From positions 736,001-800,000 of the forward strand of contig BK006949.2 in the NCBI GenBank assembly GCA_000146045.2: DNA of 64,000 nucleotides, in the 5' to 3' direction. Positions 22,129-33,318 of this stretch are shown here, in pieces. The position numbers and the translations under genes are program-made. Below the pieces are notes generated by a model that worked only from the letters and a program-made list of their open reading frames with translations, ran no database searches and was not told the origin of the DNA. Origin of the DNA: TPA_inf: Saccharomyces (Eukaryota). Position 1 is the first letter of the stretch; every line of letters starts with the position of its first letter.

Positions 22129-22647
22129 CACTATGAAAACCTGTCCAATAAGACTGCACAGATGAAGAGCATGTCATTTGGTTCCTTGATAAGTGTAATA
22201 AGCAACAAGAAAGTCCTGGGTCATGTTCCTGCTGAAAATACAAACCCATTAACTACCGGAAACGAAGAAGATTAAGACAAAATGGAAAAGTTAAGTTAAA
22301 CGCAATCAGTTCATATATTCTTAGATAGTTATCATGTTTTTATAAGTAAACAAAGTAGTCTTCTACCAAATAAAAATAGATTCCTGATTGGGTATTTTTC
22401 AGAAGTATCATCTGAACTTGATGTTATTTTAAAATGAAAGCCAGCGTCCATAATTATCTTTTTCTTACTTGTTTTTTACAGTGGCGGTAGGATTGGCAAT
22501 GCCTGTTCATCTCCAGTTTTCCGGTCCGCTTACGACATCGGCCTTTCTATAAGACAGGTTGGCAATGCGCCACGGTACATGATGACGATAGGAGCCTTCG
22601 AATAATATTTTGTTGTGAATTCTCCTGGGAACCTCTCAAAATCAAAT

Positions 22648-23481
22648 ATGGGTTTACCTAAATCGGCATATAAGAAGTTACTCATAGATTGTCCAACGAG
22701 AGTCATTAATAAAAACTGTGCCCAACGAGTCAAAGATGTTTCTCCGCTCATTACAAACTTCGAGAAATGGTCGGATAAGCGCAAGAAGCTCTATTTCAAA
22801 GATGAAGAGGAAATGGTGGGGCAGTTCCATTTGGAAAATTTCAATTTAAAAAATAACTTATATGGTAGGCTTTTAGCTTCTCCAATGAGAGCAGAAAAAA
22901 TCTCAAAATTAAAATCGTGTAGAGAATTACTAATTCCATTGAAAGTGGTACCATCAACTGGCAAAGATCAGCATGCTGATAAAGATAAACTAAAACTGGT
23001 ACCTACACTAGATTATTCCAAATCATACAAAAGCTCGTACGTATTGAATTCAGCCTCCATTGTACAAGACAACTTGGCGGCTGCGACGTCATGGTTCCCA
23101 ATCTCGGTATTGCAAACATCAACTCCAAAGAGCCTAGAAGTTGATTCCTCTACATTTATAACGGAATACAATGCTAACTTGCACGCATTTATAAAAGCAA
23201 GACTTTCAGTGATACCGAATGTTGGACCTTCTTCGATAAATCGTGTTTTACTCATTTGTGACAAGAGAAAAACACCCCCGATTGAAATACAAGTAGTTAG
23301 TCATGGTAAAGGGCTACCAATTACACAGTCTGTCTTTAACCTTGGTTATCTCCACGAGCCAACTCTAGAAGCTATCGTGAGTAAAGATGCAGTTACTAAT
23401 GGAATTTACCTGGATGCCGACAATGACAAGGATCTCATCAAACACCTTTATAGTACATTATTGTTTCATTCAGTTAACTGA
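22648..23481 (+). CDS. RRG8: Mitochondrial protein required for respiratory growth.
   Basis: The ORF track starts 11 codons upstream. From the internal Met ([10 protein letters not shown]) the protein is 277 aa, the length of YPR116W. Confidence 0.7.
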   Translation: MGLPKSAYKKLLIDCPTRVINKNCAQRVKDVSPLITNFEKWSDKRKKLYFKDEEEMVGQFHLENFNLKNNLYGRLLASPMRAEKISKLKSCRELLIPLKVVPSTGKDQHADKDKLKLVPTLDYSKSYKSSYVLNSASIVQDNLAAATSWFPISVLQTSTPKSLEVDSSTFITEYNANLHAFIKARLSVIPNVGPSSINRVLLICDKRKTPPIEIQVVSHGKGLPITQSVFNLGYLHEPTLEAIVSKDAVTNGIYLDADNDKDLIKHLYSTLLFHSVN

Positions 23482-24024
23482 TTGCGGAAGAAAAAAGGAA
23501 GGAAAGCGGGATATATCGCTGGAATTGTCTCTCTGAATTTGCCATTATTCTTATTCAATGAATACAAAACTGGCTGTCAGCGAATGGCATCATTTTGCAA
23601 TCCGAAAATGAAAAATTTGGGCGCCTCGGGCAGGAGAATTCAGAACCCTTAATCCCGCACATCTACGTAAAATATCTCTGAGGTGTTCTATAGTCCATCA
23701 CTTACCATCCATCTGCAAGGCTGTATGATTGATAAAGAGGAACATTAAGGGTAAATAGATTTGTTGATTTGTTTGCACTAGTGGCTTTGTATTAAAAACT
23801 TCAAGGGCATACACATGCATTATATTCAAGAGCACAACCAATAATTTACCATTATAGAAGGTACTTCTTTGAAAACTAAATCATACACTTTTTCCCACGA
23901 AAAGGCTTACATTTAAAAGCTAAGCATTCAATTTAGTTTTGCTGATCAATTTCTCGAGTAGGCTTGTCATCCATAATATCTAGTAGCTGGAGTATCCTGT
24001 TTATTGCAAGAAAAAAAATCTACA

Positions 24025-27000
24025 ATGTCTATGTTACCGTGGTCTCAAATAAGGGATGTGTCTAAACTATTATTAGGCTTTATGCTTTTTATTATATCAA
24101 TTCAGAAAATCGCTAGTATTCTCATGTCATGGATATTGATGCTGCGCCATTCCACAATACGAAAAATTTCATTTGGATACTTTTTTGGTACGTCAATAAG
24201 ACGAGCGTTTATCTTAACTGATTTTGCTCAAATATATATTGGCAAGATAACCTTGCGAATAGGTTGGAAACCCGGAATTGTGTTTCATAATGTTGATTTG
24301 AAGTTATTTGGGAAGGACAGCCATATCACTGCACATTCAACTAAAGACTCCAGAACATATTTCAATCCGCGGGATCAAACTTTTACCTTTGTAATTAACA
24401 GGCGAGTCCTATCAATTTTGAAACTTGTGTTCTCATTTTCCACTTTCTTTCATACTTTAGCTCTTACAGTGCCTAATGGAAAACAATATAAATTAAATAT
24501 CGGATCCATAACGATATCACACCCACACGATGATACCATAAAGTTAGAGGCATTTTTGCATGATTTTACCCATCCTGAAACGAAAGATACTTTGAACCAT
24601 ACTGGTTTTTTTATGGTCTGTAAAATTGGAAAGGAAGATGATACAGGCAGCAACTGCACAAAAGTTATACTAAAAAATTGGAAATCAAGTCTCAAAATAA
24701 GTGATGTTTGTTGGCATCTTCCAGAGAAGAAAGGGAAGAATTTGCATTCGGAGCCTGTTGAGCCTTTTTCTGCTGGTGATGATGCGGAAATGCTCACTTC
24801 ATATCGTAAGATGCTAAAGCCTTTTCACTACCCACTGAAAACTTTGAACATTCTGGACCTTAAGGTAGAAAATGTAAAGTTGATTTACAAAAAAAAGTTT
24901 ACAATTCGCATATCAAGTGCTCAACTTTACTTGGAATCAATCTCCATTCTAAATAATGTCTCCGCTTTGGAACTTTTACCCTTAAATAAGCCCACATGGG
25001 GCGATTTTGAACTATCACTTTCTGCAAATGCTGTTGTAGTAGATATCGATGGTAATACAGCAGTTAGAATTCCATTTGGAAATGTCATACTGACGTCAGA
25101 TATTTTACTATTTTTACTTGACAATGTACCTTTACGGAGAACGAAGGTATCTTCCATTTTGAACATTATAAATCCTTCAGTATTCCTCACTATACATCAA
25201 GTACTGGAAGTTCTTCATTTAGTGGACAAATTCGATAGCCCTGAGACCTCATCATGTACTAACACAAACGACAGATCATTAAATATTTTAGATTTAGATA
25301 TTGATCGATTGCCCAGTTTTAACTTTGAACTACTAATGTCGAATTTTATTTCAAGGCTGCATATATCAGATGAGGAGAATGTGACGTTTAAGGTCTTCAG
25401 CACACATGCTCTCTTTAGCCGTAACAACTTGTCTATGACTCCTAAAAAGGGACAAGTAATGCAAATACGTCCGGATTGGCCATTTGCGAAGACAGCCCTA
25501 GTATCTGATCAATTATCTAACTATATTAAAATTGTGGGTACATCACTCTCTTACCTGAGAATTCCAACAGAGCAGGACGCTAACCCAGTGTCTATACCAG
25601 TCTGTGGCTTTGAAAGATTAGACACATTTCTGGATGAATTTTCAAATTCTAAATTGATCGTTCAGTCTACACTAAGACATTCGTACGTTAGTCTTGAGAA
25701 CATTGAAGTTTTGCATACTTTAAGTCGCGCCTTTGACAAAATTTACTTGCTAATATCTAGCAGAACAAAAAGGAATGCGGCTCATAAAGCGAATGGTGGA
25801 AAATTGGGGGACCTAAATGAAGCCAAGAAAACATTTAACTGGTCATTGAAACTTAGAATGAAGGATATTTCATGTTCGTTACTGGTCGCTGGGTTTCTTC
25901 CGAAAAATTTGGATCCTGTGGAAGCTGAGAATTTTAACTTATCTGACGTAACTAGAGGCGCCAAAGTTGTTTTTACAGAATCAATATTGTTAGCGGACAG
26001 CCAGGAGAAAAACTTCACTATTATTGATGCATCCGTATATCGTTTCATGGATGGCACTACGTATAAGCCCTCTCCTGAGGTTATTATTCAATTTACCAAT
26101 TTGTTATTGAGTTTTAACGACTCAGATGAAATTCATTTTTCACTTCCCAAGATTAAATTTAAGATGGATGTAAATATTATCTGGTTGTGGTTTTATATTC
26201 GGAGTATATGGATAAAATTTCGTCCTAATTCAAAATTGAGCCGAAATTCAGTGAGCAGTGTAAAATCTGTCAATGTTCTCGATAGATTAAGAGTAGATAT
26301 AGGAAAGATGATTATAGAGCTAACGCTTCCTCATAATACAGAGGTACTCCTAATATTCGAGAGGATTGGACTTTCAAGTTCCACTAAAAATCTTACAATT
26401 GCATCTTTGTCAGCGTACGTGGTATCGGTTTATGTGAAGCATATTAAGGTTTATGTTTCCTTGCTAAATATTAATGACTTTGAGCTAGACACTGAAGAGT
26501 TGATCTGCAAGAAATCCGCTGTTATAAACACCTCATTGATTCATTTTCATGCCGAATATCATTTTAGATTTTACATGATAACGGATAACATAGTCACGTT
26601 GTATAAATCGTTTAAGCAAATTAAATTGGCATTTTCCAATTTGAATGAATTTAAGCGATTATACCCTCAGCAACAGTTTCCGAAAAAAGTTCCAAATTTA
26701 CATATTTGTTGCCAGGATTTTCTAATTGATATTGAAGAAGATCCTTTTGAGCAGGAGTTAGGATTAATTTTGAAAGTTGGTGTTTTGGAACAACGTGAGA
26801 GGTTAAAGAAGCTTGAAGAGTTCAAGGAAAAGCTATCAACATATGAGGACATGAATGTACGTTTAAGGTCGCTCTATGATACCTCCCGTGGACAAAGTTT
26901 TTTCCCAGAGTTTTATGCGAATGATCAAGAATATGAGCAAAAGGCCTATCTCAGGTTGTTAGAAAACTTTTCAACGTCATGGATTGCCAGATACAGGAAA

Positions 27001-30000
27001 GCAAAACTTTCTTTTTATGGTATGCCTTATCGGGTTATCAGCCGTGAAGAGCTTGGTACGAAATACCACTTGTTTACTAGACAGAAAACCAGTACTGTTG
27101 CTAACCTCGTCGTAAAAGATTTGGATTTTAAACTAGGCAGTCCTTCCTTCCCTTTAGACAATTATATGGATTTTGTTTACCAGTATGGAAAAAAAGTTCC
27201 AAAATCTACGGAGTACACTTTGCTAATTATTCTTGGCCTCAAAATCAAAAGCGCGTTATGGGAGTTGCGTCTGAGAGATTATCCAATACCTGCTATATCA
27301 TTTCCCGACACATTTACAACAGGTGATGTTGTATTTGCTGAAAAGATGCCAGCACCTTGCGCGCTTCATACTGTTTATGTTCCTTTTGTCAGCTCTGCCC
27401 AAAGAAGCCCCTATAATGACGCCAATACAATATATGGTTTGCACATCATTCGTACAATTAATTCAGTCAAAACATATTTCAATATTAGGTCAATGGTTAC
27501 ATCTTCTTCATCTGCCAGAATAACATGGGGGAAATCTCTGCAACCCGGTTATGAGTCTTTGATGCTTTGGTTTGATTTTTTAACCAAACCTCTCATCGAT
27601 CCGTCCAAAAAGCTAGGATTTTGGGACAAATTCAGATATTTAGTGCATGGGAAGTGGATATACGAGTTTTCAGAGGAAAGTGAGATCCACTTAAATATTA
27701 AAGGTTCACATGATCCTTATAAGATTACAGATGATGGTGCGGGTCTGGCGTTCTGCTGGTCTGGTGGCACCACAATTTACGTTCATAACTCCACGGATCC
27801 TAAAGAGTTTTTAAAAATTGAATCCCAAAGGTTTCAGTTGGCAGTGCCAGACTTTGCCAAAGTTAGTAAATTTGATAAAGTCTTTATGAAGCTCGATGGA
27901 AGAGTAATTTGGACATTAGGTTTACTTTTTGAACAAGGCGATATATCTAAGGCTGGTGACGAAGAGAGGTTCCTTCCAAATAGGCCACATTATGAAATAC
28001 AGCTGATGAATCCAGATGGAGTCGCAGATTTGGATCACCATGATACATACAAAGGATTTAGAACATCTTTTATCCACATGTCATTTGGTGTCTATTCTTC
28101 TGAGCACGGATCCATAAATAGTCTCTATCTCGCACCTTACGCTTTAACACATTTCTTTAAGTGGTGGAATTTATTTCATACATATACATCTGGTCCTATT
28201 AGGCAAGGACGGTTATTTACGGATGTACTTCAAAACAAGACAAAGTTTGGTCGCTCATTATTTACAATAGCTTATCAGCTACATTTAAAACGGCTAATGG
28301 TTACGCATATTTATCGGCATATTACTACTCAATATGATCTTGAAAAAGACCGCAAAATAACTTTTACTGGATTGAAAGGGAGGTTTGATTCACTGAAAAT
28401 TGATTTGCATCAAAAAAGAGTTAAACTGACCCATACGAACCAAAAATTAAATAAGTCAAAACCTGTATGGAAGTTTAAGATGTCTAGGGGTGAGATTGAT
28501 TGTGCAGAAGCAGATATTAGGATATTATCAACTCTGTTTGATCAGGAAGCAGTTAAGGAAATTCTTACTTCTGGACTCGATGGCATACTTGAAGACGAGC
28601 CATCACGTCCTATTACGCCTCAAGATGTGGAATACTTGCGTGAATCAGATTGGTATGATTATGAGGATTATATAGACTTGAATCAAGTGCCGCTTGGTTC
28701 CTCACTTCCATTAAAATTAGAAGCAATACCATTGCTATACTCTCCTAGAATATCCTACTTTAGAAAAATAAATGATGATGGTTACGTACTAGCTTACCCA
28801 TTTGGTACCGAAGAATCTCACAATTGTCTGATTGGCAAGAATCATCCAGAATTGACGCAGGAGAAATTAGCAACTGAAAGAAAACGAGAAATAGAAGAAC
28901 AACTAAAATTATTACATATTACGTTAAGCGAATTGCAATCGAACAAAGGCGGAGGTTCGGTAAGTGGAAATTCGGAGCGCTATGCACGCGAATTAAAAGC
29001 AGAGGTAGCTGAATTAAACCACAGATTGCACACAGTCAACACCATCTTGAGCGATTTAAAAATCTCGGAGACTATTCCTGGAGGAAATACTGATGGTGAT
29101 AGCTCCAGCTCACTCTCCGATACTGATGTAAATTTGGAAAATGCACCGCCAATTCAAAATAGAATATCGCTATTGAGGACCAATACCGTGGAGTCTTTTG
29201 TATCAATGAGAAAAGCCTCTACTATGCAGGTTGAGTCCACCTATGATAACCGTTTCATGGTCCATAATATCGAGTTAAAAATCGATAATAAAATCAGGCA
29301 TCACCTTTTGGAATACGCTTCCAGTGCTTTCGAAAGGAAATCTATGAGGTTTGCTGTGACTTATAAATCCGTAACTATTTTAAAAGAATTACTGGGAAAT
29401 GTGTTGACTGGGGTCAGAACATCTGTAGAAGATTATGGTTCAATACTTGAGGACGATTTAGCCAGTAATTCAGAATTTATTGAGCACTTTGAGAAACTCA
29501 TCAGAGAAGTTCCGAGTGATGACTTTGATTATGTTGATAATTATCTTTTTAGACTAATCTCCCCTCAGGTTCAGATCAAATCGGACGTTGAAAGGAACGC
29601 AGCAGTTATTTTAGCTGCTAGGGATATAGAAATGGGAATAATTGATATAGTTCAAGTGTATGGAAAATCAGGAAAAAGAATTCCCGTTGACGTCGATACT
29701 ATTGTTGAAACTCGCTATTCCGCTGTTTCAAAGGACATTCAGTTGTTTACATTGTTCAAAAAGGATTTAGAGGGTCCTGAAGGTAGATTTTTCCATAAAA
29801 ATGGATATGGTTCCGACAAAGAGTCAGATATATGGCCCCCATGGATTCCTCTTGAAATGTGCTTTGACGGGTCTTTATTAGATAAGCATGTTTTTCTAAA
29901 ACGGAGATCAATGTTTTTGACCTACGTCGCTCCCAATCCCCTATTTTTTAGTGCAAATGATACGTCTGCATTCTCTTATGATTCGAGATTTCGTATTGCA

Positions 30001-31494
30001 TTTCCAGGATTGGTTCTGACCTCGGACTGTCAACAATACTGCGCTGTATATGCAATCGCAGAAGATTTACTTTCCTTTGGATCATCATTGGATGAAAAAG
30101 TTGAGAAACTTTCCAGGATATTATTTACTGATGAGGTCAGAAATAACCTGGAAAATCTTGATGTCTCTGTTGTCACAGCATTACAAGAAAGAATAAAGGA
30201 ACTCTATTATACGCGAGCATACCTCAAACTTCACGAGCCAAGATTGTTTATGAAATCAGGACAAGAGCTAACCTTCGATATTCAAACTAGTACGTTGAAG
30301 TTGACGTTACTTATGACGGCAATCAAGAAAACTTACGACCGGATGGGGAGTGGTAATAGAGTAATACAGAAAAGATTGAGGTGGCAAGTTGGAACAGATG
30401 AATTGATATGGGAATTGTACGATGAGAGTAAAACTCCTTTCGTGACTATCGGATTGGGGCCCTCTACATTTATTCGTTCAGAAACTTCCGATGGCACTAA
30501 TAGTAATAAAGTATCCATTTCTTCCTTACAATGTTTCAACCAGCAAGAAAATCCCGTTTACACTGAATTGCTGGCCCCCTTTTATGAAAATTCATCCTAT
30601 AATAAGAACGCGCCAATGGTAGAAATTTTTTGGATCCTGGGGCCATCAGTTGGAGGTATTTCAGATCTGCAAGATTTGATTGTTTCTCTACAGCCATTGA
30701 TTTTCAAGATGGATCACAAAACATCGGAAAAACTAATGAATTATCTATTTCCAAAGATAGAACAAACTTCCATAGAACCCAATTCTCCAGAACTTGTACC
30801 ACGTTCTTCCACTAGTTCCTTCTTTTCATCGTCTCCAGTTTTACGGCACAGTCTTTCTAACGGTTCTTTATCTGTGTACGATGCGAAAGACGTTGACTCT
30901 TGGGACTTGCGTAGTATCCAGAGCAAAGAAGGTATCAAAAAGCATAAGGGTGATCATAGAAAATTGTCAGCATCACTTTTTGTGCAACCTGATTATAACA
31001 TCAATGAAATGGTCAAAAGATCAGGGACATTTTTCAATGTAAAATCTATTATAATCCGAAAAACTCTAATGTCCGTGTGTTATAAGGGTTCACACAGCCT
31101 TTTGACCGATGTTAATAACCTGATTGTTAGAGTCCCTGTTTTAAAGTACCATAACAAACTGTGGTCGAGGGAAGAATTTTTTACTGCTTTGAAAAGAGAC
31201 GTCGTAAGAATAGTTTTACAACATTTGGGAAATATTATTGGTAACAAATTTTTGCCTCATAAAAAAGAGAATAAGAAAAAAACTTCTATGGAAATACATC
31301 GATTACTAAGTCCAGATTCTCAAAATCGTGATAATTCACATATCCTTGAAGTCGAAGGGCATAATTCATTTTATAGCTCCACGCACTCTTCAGATATCAG
31401 ATCAATAAACTCAGATGAAACGTATAATGAAAATGATGGAAATGGAGTAAAGCCATTTTACCCTGTTACGAGTGAGTTTTCAAAAAATAAATGA
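24025..31494 (+). CDS. Giant bridge-like lipid-transfer protein (FMP27 paralogue; Hobbit/KIAA0100/BLTP2 family). YPR117W, also called HOB2.
   Basis: 2496-aa ORF. Trimming 7 codons to MSMLPWSQ gives 2489 aa, the length of YPR117W. An N-terminal transmembrane anchor is followed by a long repeating beta-groove-like sequence. Paralogy to FMP27 is stated from memory. Confidence 0.8.
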   Translation: MSMLPWSQIRDVSKLLLGFMLFIISIQKIASILMSWILMLRHSTIRKISFGYFFGTSIRRAFILTDFAQIYIGKITLRIGWKPGIVFHNVDLKLFGKDSHITAHSTKDSRTYFNPRDQTFTFVINRRVLSILKLVFSFSTFFHTLALTVPNGKQYKLNIGSITISHPHDDTIKLEAFLHDFTHPETKDTLNHTGFFMVCKIGKEDDTGSNCTKVILKNWKSSLKISDVCWHLPEKKGKNLHSEPVEPFSAGDDAEMLTSYRKMLKPFHYPLKTLNILDLKVENVKLIYKKKFTIRISSAQLYLESISILNNVSALELLPLNKPTWGDFELSLSANAVVVDIDGNTAVRIPFGNVILTSDILLFLLDNVPLRRTKVSSILNIINPSVFLTIHQVLEVLHLVDKFDSPETSSCTNTNDRSLNILDLDIDRLPSFNFELLMSNFISRLHISDEENVTFKVFSTHALFSRNNLSMTPKKGQVMQIRPDWPFAKTALVSDQLSNYIKIVGTSLSYLRIPTEQDANPVSIPVCGFERLDTFLDEFSNSKLIVQSTLRHSYVSLENIEVLHTLSRAFDKIYLLISSRTKRNAAHKANGGKLGDLNEAKKTFNWSLKLRMKDISCSLLVAGFLPKNLDPVEAENFNLSDVTRGAKVVFTESILLADSQEKNFTIIDASVYRFMDGTTYKPSPEVIIQFTNLLLSFNDSDEIHFSLPKIKFKMDVNIIWLWFYIRSIWIKFRPNSKLSRNSVSSVKSVNVLDRLRVDIGKMIIELTLPHNTEVLLIFERIGLSSSTKNLTIASLSAYVVSVYVKHIKVYVSLLNINDFELDTEELICKKSAVINTSLIHFHAEYHFRFYMITDNIVTLYKSFKQIKLAFSNLNEFKRLYPQQQFPKKVPNLHICCQDFLIDIEEDPFEQELGLILKVGVLEQRERLKKLEEFKEKLSTYEDMNVRLRSLYDTSRGQSFFPEFYANDQEYEQKAYLRLLENFSTSWIARYRKAKLSFYGMPYRVISREELGTKYHLFTRQKTSTVANLVVKDLDFKLGSPSFPLDNYMDFVYQYGKKVPKSTEYTLLIILGLKIKSALWELRLRDYPIPAISFPDTFTTGDVVFAEKMPAPCALHTVYVPFVSSAQRSPYNDANTIYGLHIIRTINSVKTYFNIRSMVTSSSSARITWGKSLQPGYESLMLWFDFLTKPLIDPSKKLGFWDKFRYLVHGKWIYEFSEESEIHLNIKGSHDPYKITDDGAGLAFCWSGGTTIYVHNSTDPKEFLKIESQRFQLAVPDFAKVSKFDKVFMKLDGRVIWTLGLLFEQGDISKAGDEERFLPNRPHYEIQLMNPDGVADLDHHDTYKGFRTSFIHMSFGVYSSEHGSINSLYLAPYALTHFFKWWNLFHTYTSGPIRQGRLFTDVLQNKTKFGRSLFTIAYQLHLKRLMVTHIYRHITTQYDLEKDRKITFTGLKGRFDSLKIDLHQKRVKLTHTNQKLNKSKPVWKFKMSRGEIDCAEADIRILSTLFDQEAVKEILTSGLDGILEDEPSRPITPQDVEYLRESDWYDYEDYIDLNQVPLGSSLPLKLEAIPLLYSPRISYFRKINDDGYVLAYPFGTEESHNCLIGKNHPELTQEKLATERKREIEEQLKLLHITLSELQSNKGGGSVSGNSERYARELKAEVAELNHRLHTVNTILSDLKISETIPGGNTDGDSSSSLSDTDVNLENAPPIQNRISLLRTNTVESFVSMRKASTMQVESTYDNRFMVHNIELKIDNKIRHHLLEYASSAFERKSMRFAVTYKSVTILKELLGNVLTGVRTSVEDYGSILEDDLASNSEFIEHFEKLIREVPSDDFDYVDNYLFRLISPQVQIKSDVERNAAVILAARDIEMGIIDIVQVYGKSGKRIPVDVDTIVETRYSAVSKDIQLFTLFKKDLEGPEGRFFHKNGYGSDKESDIWPPWIPLEMCFDGSLLDKHVFLKRRSMFLTYVAPNPLFFSANDTSAFSYDSRFRIAFPGLVLTSDCQQYCAVYAIAEDLLSFGSSLDEKVEKLSRILFTDEVRNNLENLDVSVVTALQERIKELYYTRAYLKLHEPRLFMKSGQELTFDIQTSTLKLTLLMTAIKKTYDRMGSGNRVIQKRLRWQVGTDELIWELYDESKTPFVTIGLGPSTFIRSETSDGTNSNKVSISSLQCFNQQENPVYTELLAPFYENSSYNKNAPMVEIFWILGPSVGGISDLQDLIVSLQPLIFKMDHKTSEKLMNYLFPKIEQTSIEPNSPELVPRSSTSSFFSSSPVLRHSLSNGSLSVYDAKDVDSWDLRSIQSKEGIKKHKGDHRKLSASLFVQPDYNINEMVKRSGTFFNVKSIIIRKTLMSVCYKGSHSLLTDVNNLIVRVPVLKYHNKLWSREEFFTALKRDVVRIVLQHLGNIIGNKFLPHKKENKKKTSMEIHRLLSPDSQNRDNSHILEVEGHNSFYSSTHSSDIRSINSDETYNENDGNGVKPFYPVTSEFSKNK

Positions 31495-31751
31495 GGAAAC
31501 ACACACATGTGTCTAGCGTAAATATTCTTCAGTTATATAGTAATTGTATTATATACTAAAATGAAAATCAGTAAGATTTTTTTTTTACAGGCCTTCTTGG
31601 CGTTAGTTTTTCCGGTTTTTCACTTACTAAGATGAGATGATGGGGCGCACGGCCAAAGTATTCCCCATTCATCAATTTAGCATGCTAGAATAAAAAGATT
31701 AAGAGCAATATCTACGACCGACAAAGTGATCTATCAAACTGCTGACAAAAA

Positions 31752-32987
31752 ATGTCGTTGGAAGCCATCGTCTTTGATAGATCGGAGCCAGAAAATGTTT
31801 CGGTAAAGGTACTTGATCAATTACTTTTACCATATACTACTAAATACGTTCCAATTCACACAATTGATGATGGGTACTCAGTCATCAAAAGTATGCAGGT
31901 GAGAGGTGCCCCGGCAATTGCAATTGTGGGTTCGTTATCTGTTTTGACTGAGGTACAATTAATAAAACACAACCCAACTTCTGATGTTGCTACGCTGTAT
32001 TCTTTAGTTAACTGGGAATCTACAAAAACAGTGCTAAATAAGAGGCTAGATTTCCTTTTGAGTAGTAGACCCACAGCCGTTAATTTATCAAATTCTCTTG
32101 TAGAGATAAAGAACATACTGAAATCCTCAAGTGACCTAAAGGCTTTTGACGGTAGTTTATATAATTACGTCTGTGAATTGATAGATGAGGATTTGGCGAA
32201 TAACATGAAAATGGGTGATAATGGAGCTAAGTATTTGATTGACGTGTTACAAAAGGACGGTTTCAAGGACGAATTTGCCGTTCTGACGATTTGTAATACT
32301 GGATCCTTAGCAACCTCTGGATATGGCACGGCTTTAGGTGTTATCCGTTCTTTGTGGAAGGATTCACTTGCTAAAACCGACAAGGCAGACTCGGGATTGG
32401 ACAATGAAAAATGCCCGAGGATGGGCCATGTCTTCCCACTGGAAACTAGACCTTATAATCAAGGGTCAAGGCTAACAGCATACGAGCTAGTTTATGATAA
32501 GATTCCATCAACTTTAATTACTGATAGTTCCATCGCGTATAGAATTAGAACTAGTCCAATTCCAATCAAAGCAGCATTTGTTGGAGCTGATAGAATTGTT
32601 CGTAATGGGGATACAGCAAATAAAATTGGTACTTTACAACTTGCTGTAATTTGTAAGCAGTTCGGAATTAAGTTTTTTGTAGTAGCTCCCAAAACAACTA
32701 TCGATAATGTAACCGAAACTGGCGATGACATTATTGTGGAAGAACGTAACCCTGAGGAATTCAAGGTTGTTACTGGTACAGTAATTAATCCTGAAAATGG
32801 TTCCTTGATATTGAATGAGTCAGGAGAGCCAATCACTGGAAAGGTCGGTATTGCCCCTCTTGAAATCAATGTCTGGAATCCAGCCTTCGACATTACTCCA
32901 CATGAGCTTATTGACGGAATTATCACAGAAGAAGGTGTATTTACCAAAAATTCCAGTGGTGAATTTCAACTGGAAAGCCTTTTCTAG
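31752..32987 (+). CDS. MRI1: Methylthioribose-1-phosphate isomerase (methionine salvage; eIF2B-like fold).
   Basis: 411-aa ORF, the same length as YPR118W. Confidence 0.9.
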   Translation: MSLEAIVFDRSEPENVSVKVLDQLLLPYTTKYVPIHTIDDGYSVIKSMQVRGAPAIAIVGSLSVLTEVQLIKHNPTSDVATLYSLVNWESTKTVLNKRLDFLLSSRPTAVNLSNSLVEIKNILKSSSDLKAFDGSLYNYVCELIDEDLANNMKMGDNGAKYLIDVLQKDGFKDEFAVLTICNTGSLATSGYGTALGVIRSLWKDSLAKTDKADSGLDNEKCPRMGHVFPLETRPYNQGSRLTAYELVYDKIPSTLITDSSIAYRIRTSPIPIKAAFVGADRIVRNGDTANKIGTLQLAVICKQFGIKFFVVAPKTTIDNVTETGDDIIVEERNPEEFKVVTGTVINPENGSLILNESGEPITGKVGIAPLEINVWNPAFDITPHELIDGIITEEGVFTKNSSGEFQLESLF

Positions 32988-33206
32988 ATATCATTCTAAT
33001 TAGACTCTCGAAATAATTACTTTTGTACTGTAAAGGATAAAATTTCATATTGAGATGTAAGAATTATTTTTTTTTTTCATTCAATAAAAGGAACACATTA
33101 ATGTATATTGTCAGAACCTTGTAAGTCCAAAACACTATAACCAACTGATACAATATGTATTGTCTTTGTTTCTGCATATTTGTAAAACGTGCAAAAAAGT
33201 AAAGAA

Positions 33207-33302
33207 CTCCTCATAGGGGGCTCGAACCCCTGACATTTCGGTATCCTTGCTTAAGCAAATGCGCTTAAAAGCCGAACGCTCTACCAACTGAGCTAACAAG
33301 GA
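33207..33302 (-). tRNA. tK(UUU): tRNA-Lys (UUU) with a 23-nt intron.
   Basis: The reverse complement reads TCCTTGTTAGCTCAGTTGGTAGAGCGTTCGGCTTTTAA-[AGCGCATTTGCTTAAGCAAGGAT]-CCGAAATGTCAGGGGTTCGAGCCCCCTATGAGGAG. The anticodon loop CTTTTAA gives anticodon TTT. This matches the yeast tK(UUU) family, which carries a 23-nt intron. Confidence 0.9.
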
Positions 33303-33318
33303 TGAGTTCTTCGGAGCG

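Noticed and set aside
32492-32947. 151-aa minus-strand ORF inside MRI1, plus many other 60-130-aa ORFs nested in large genes (COG4, MRD1, RGC1, YPR117W, AXL1, THI22).
   Set aside because: They are nested or antisense in strongly supported long ORFs. This is expected by chance in long coding regions with biased codon usage.
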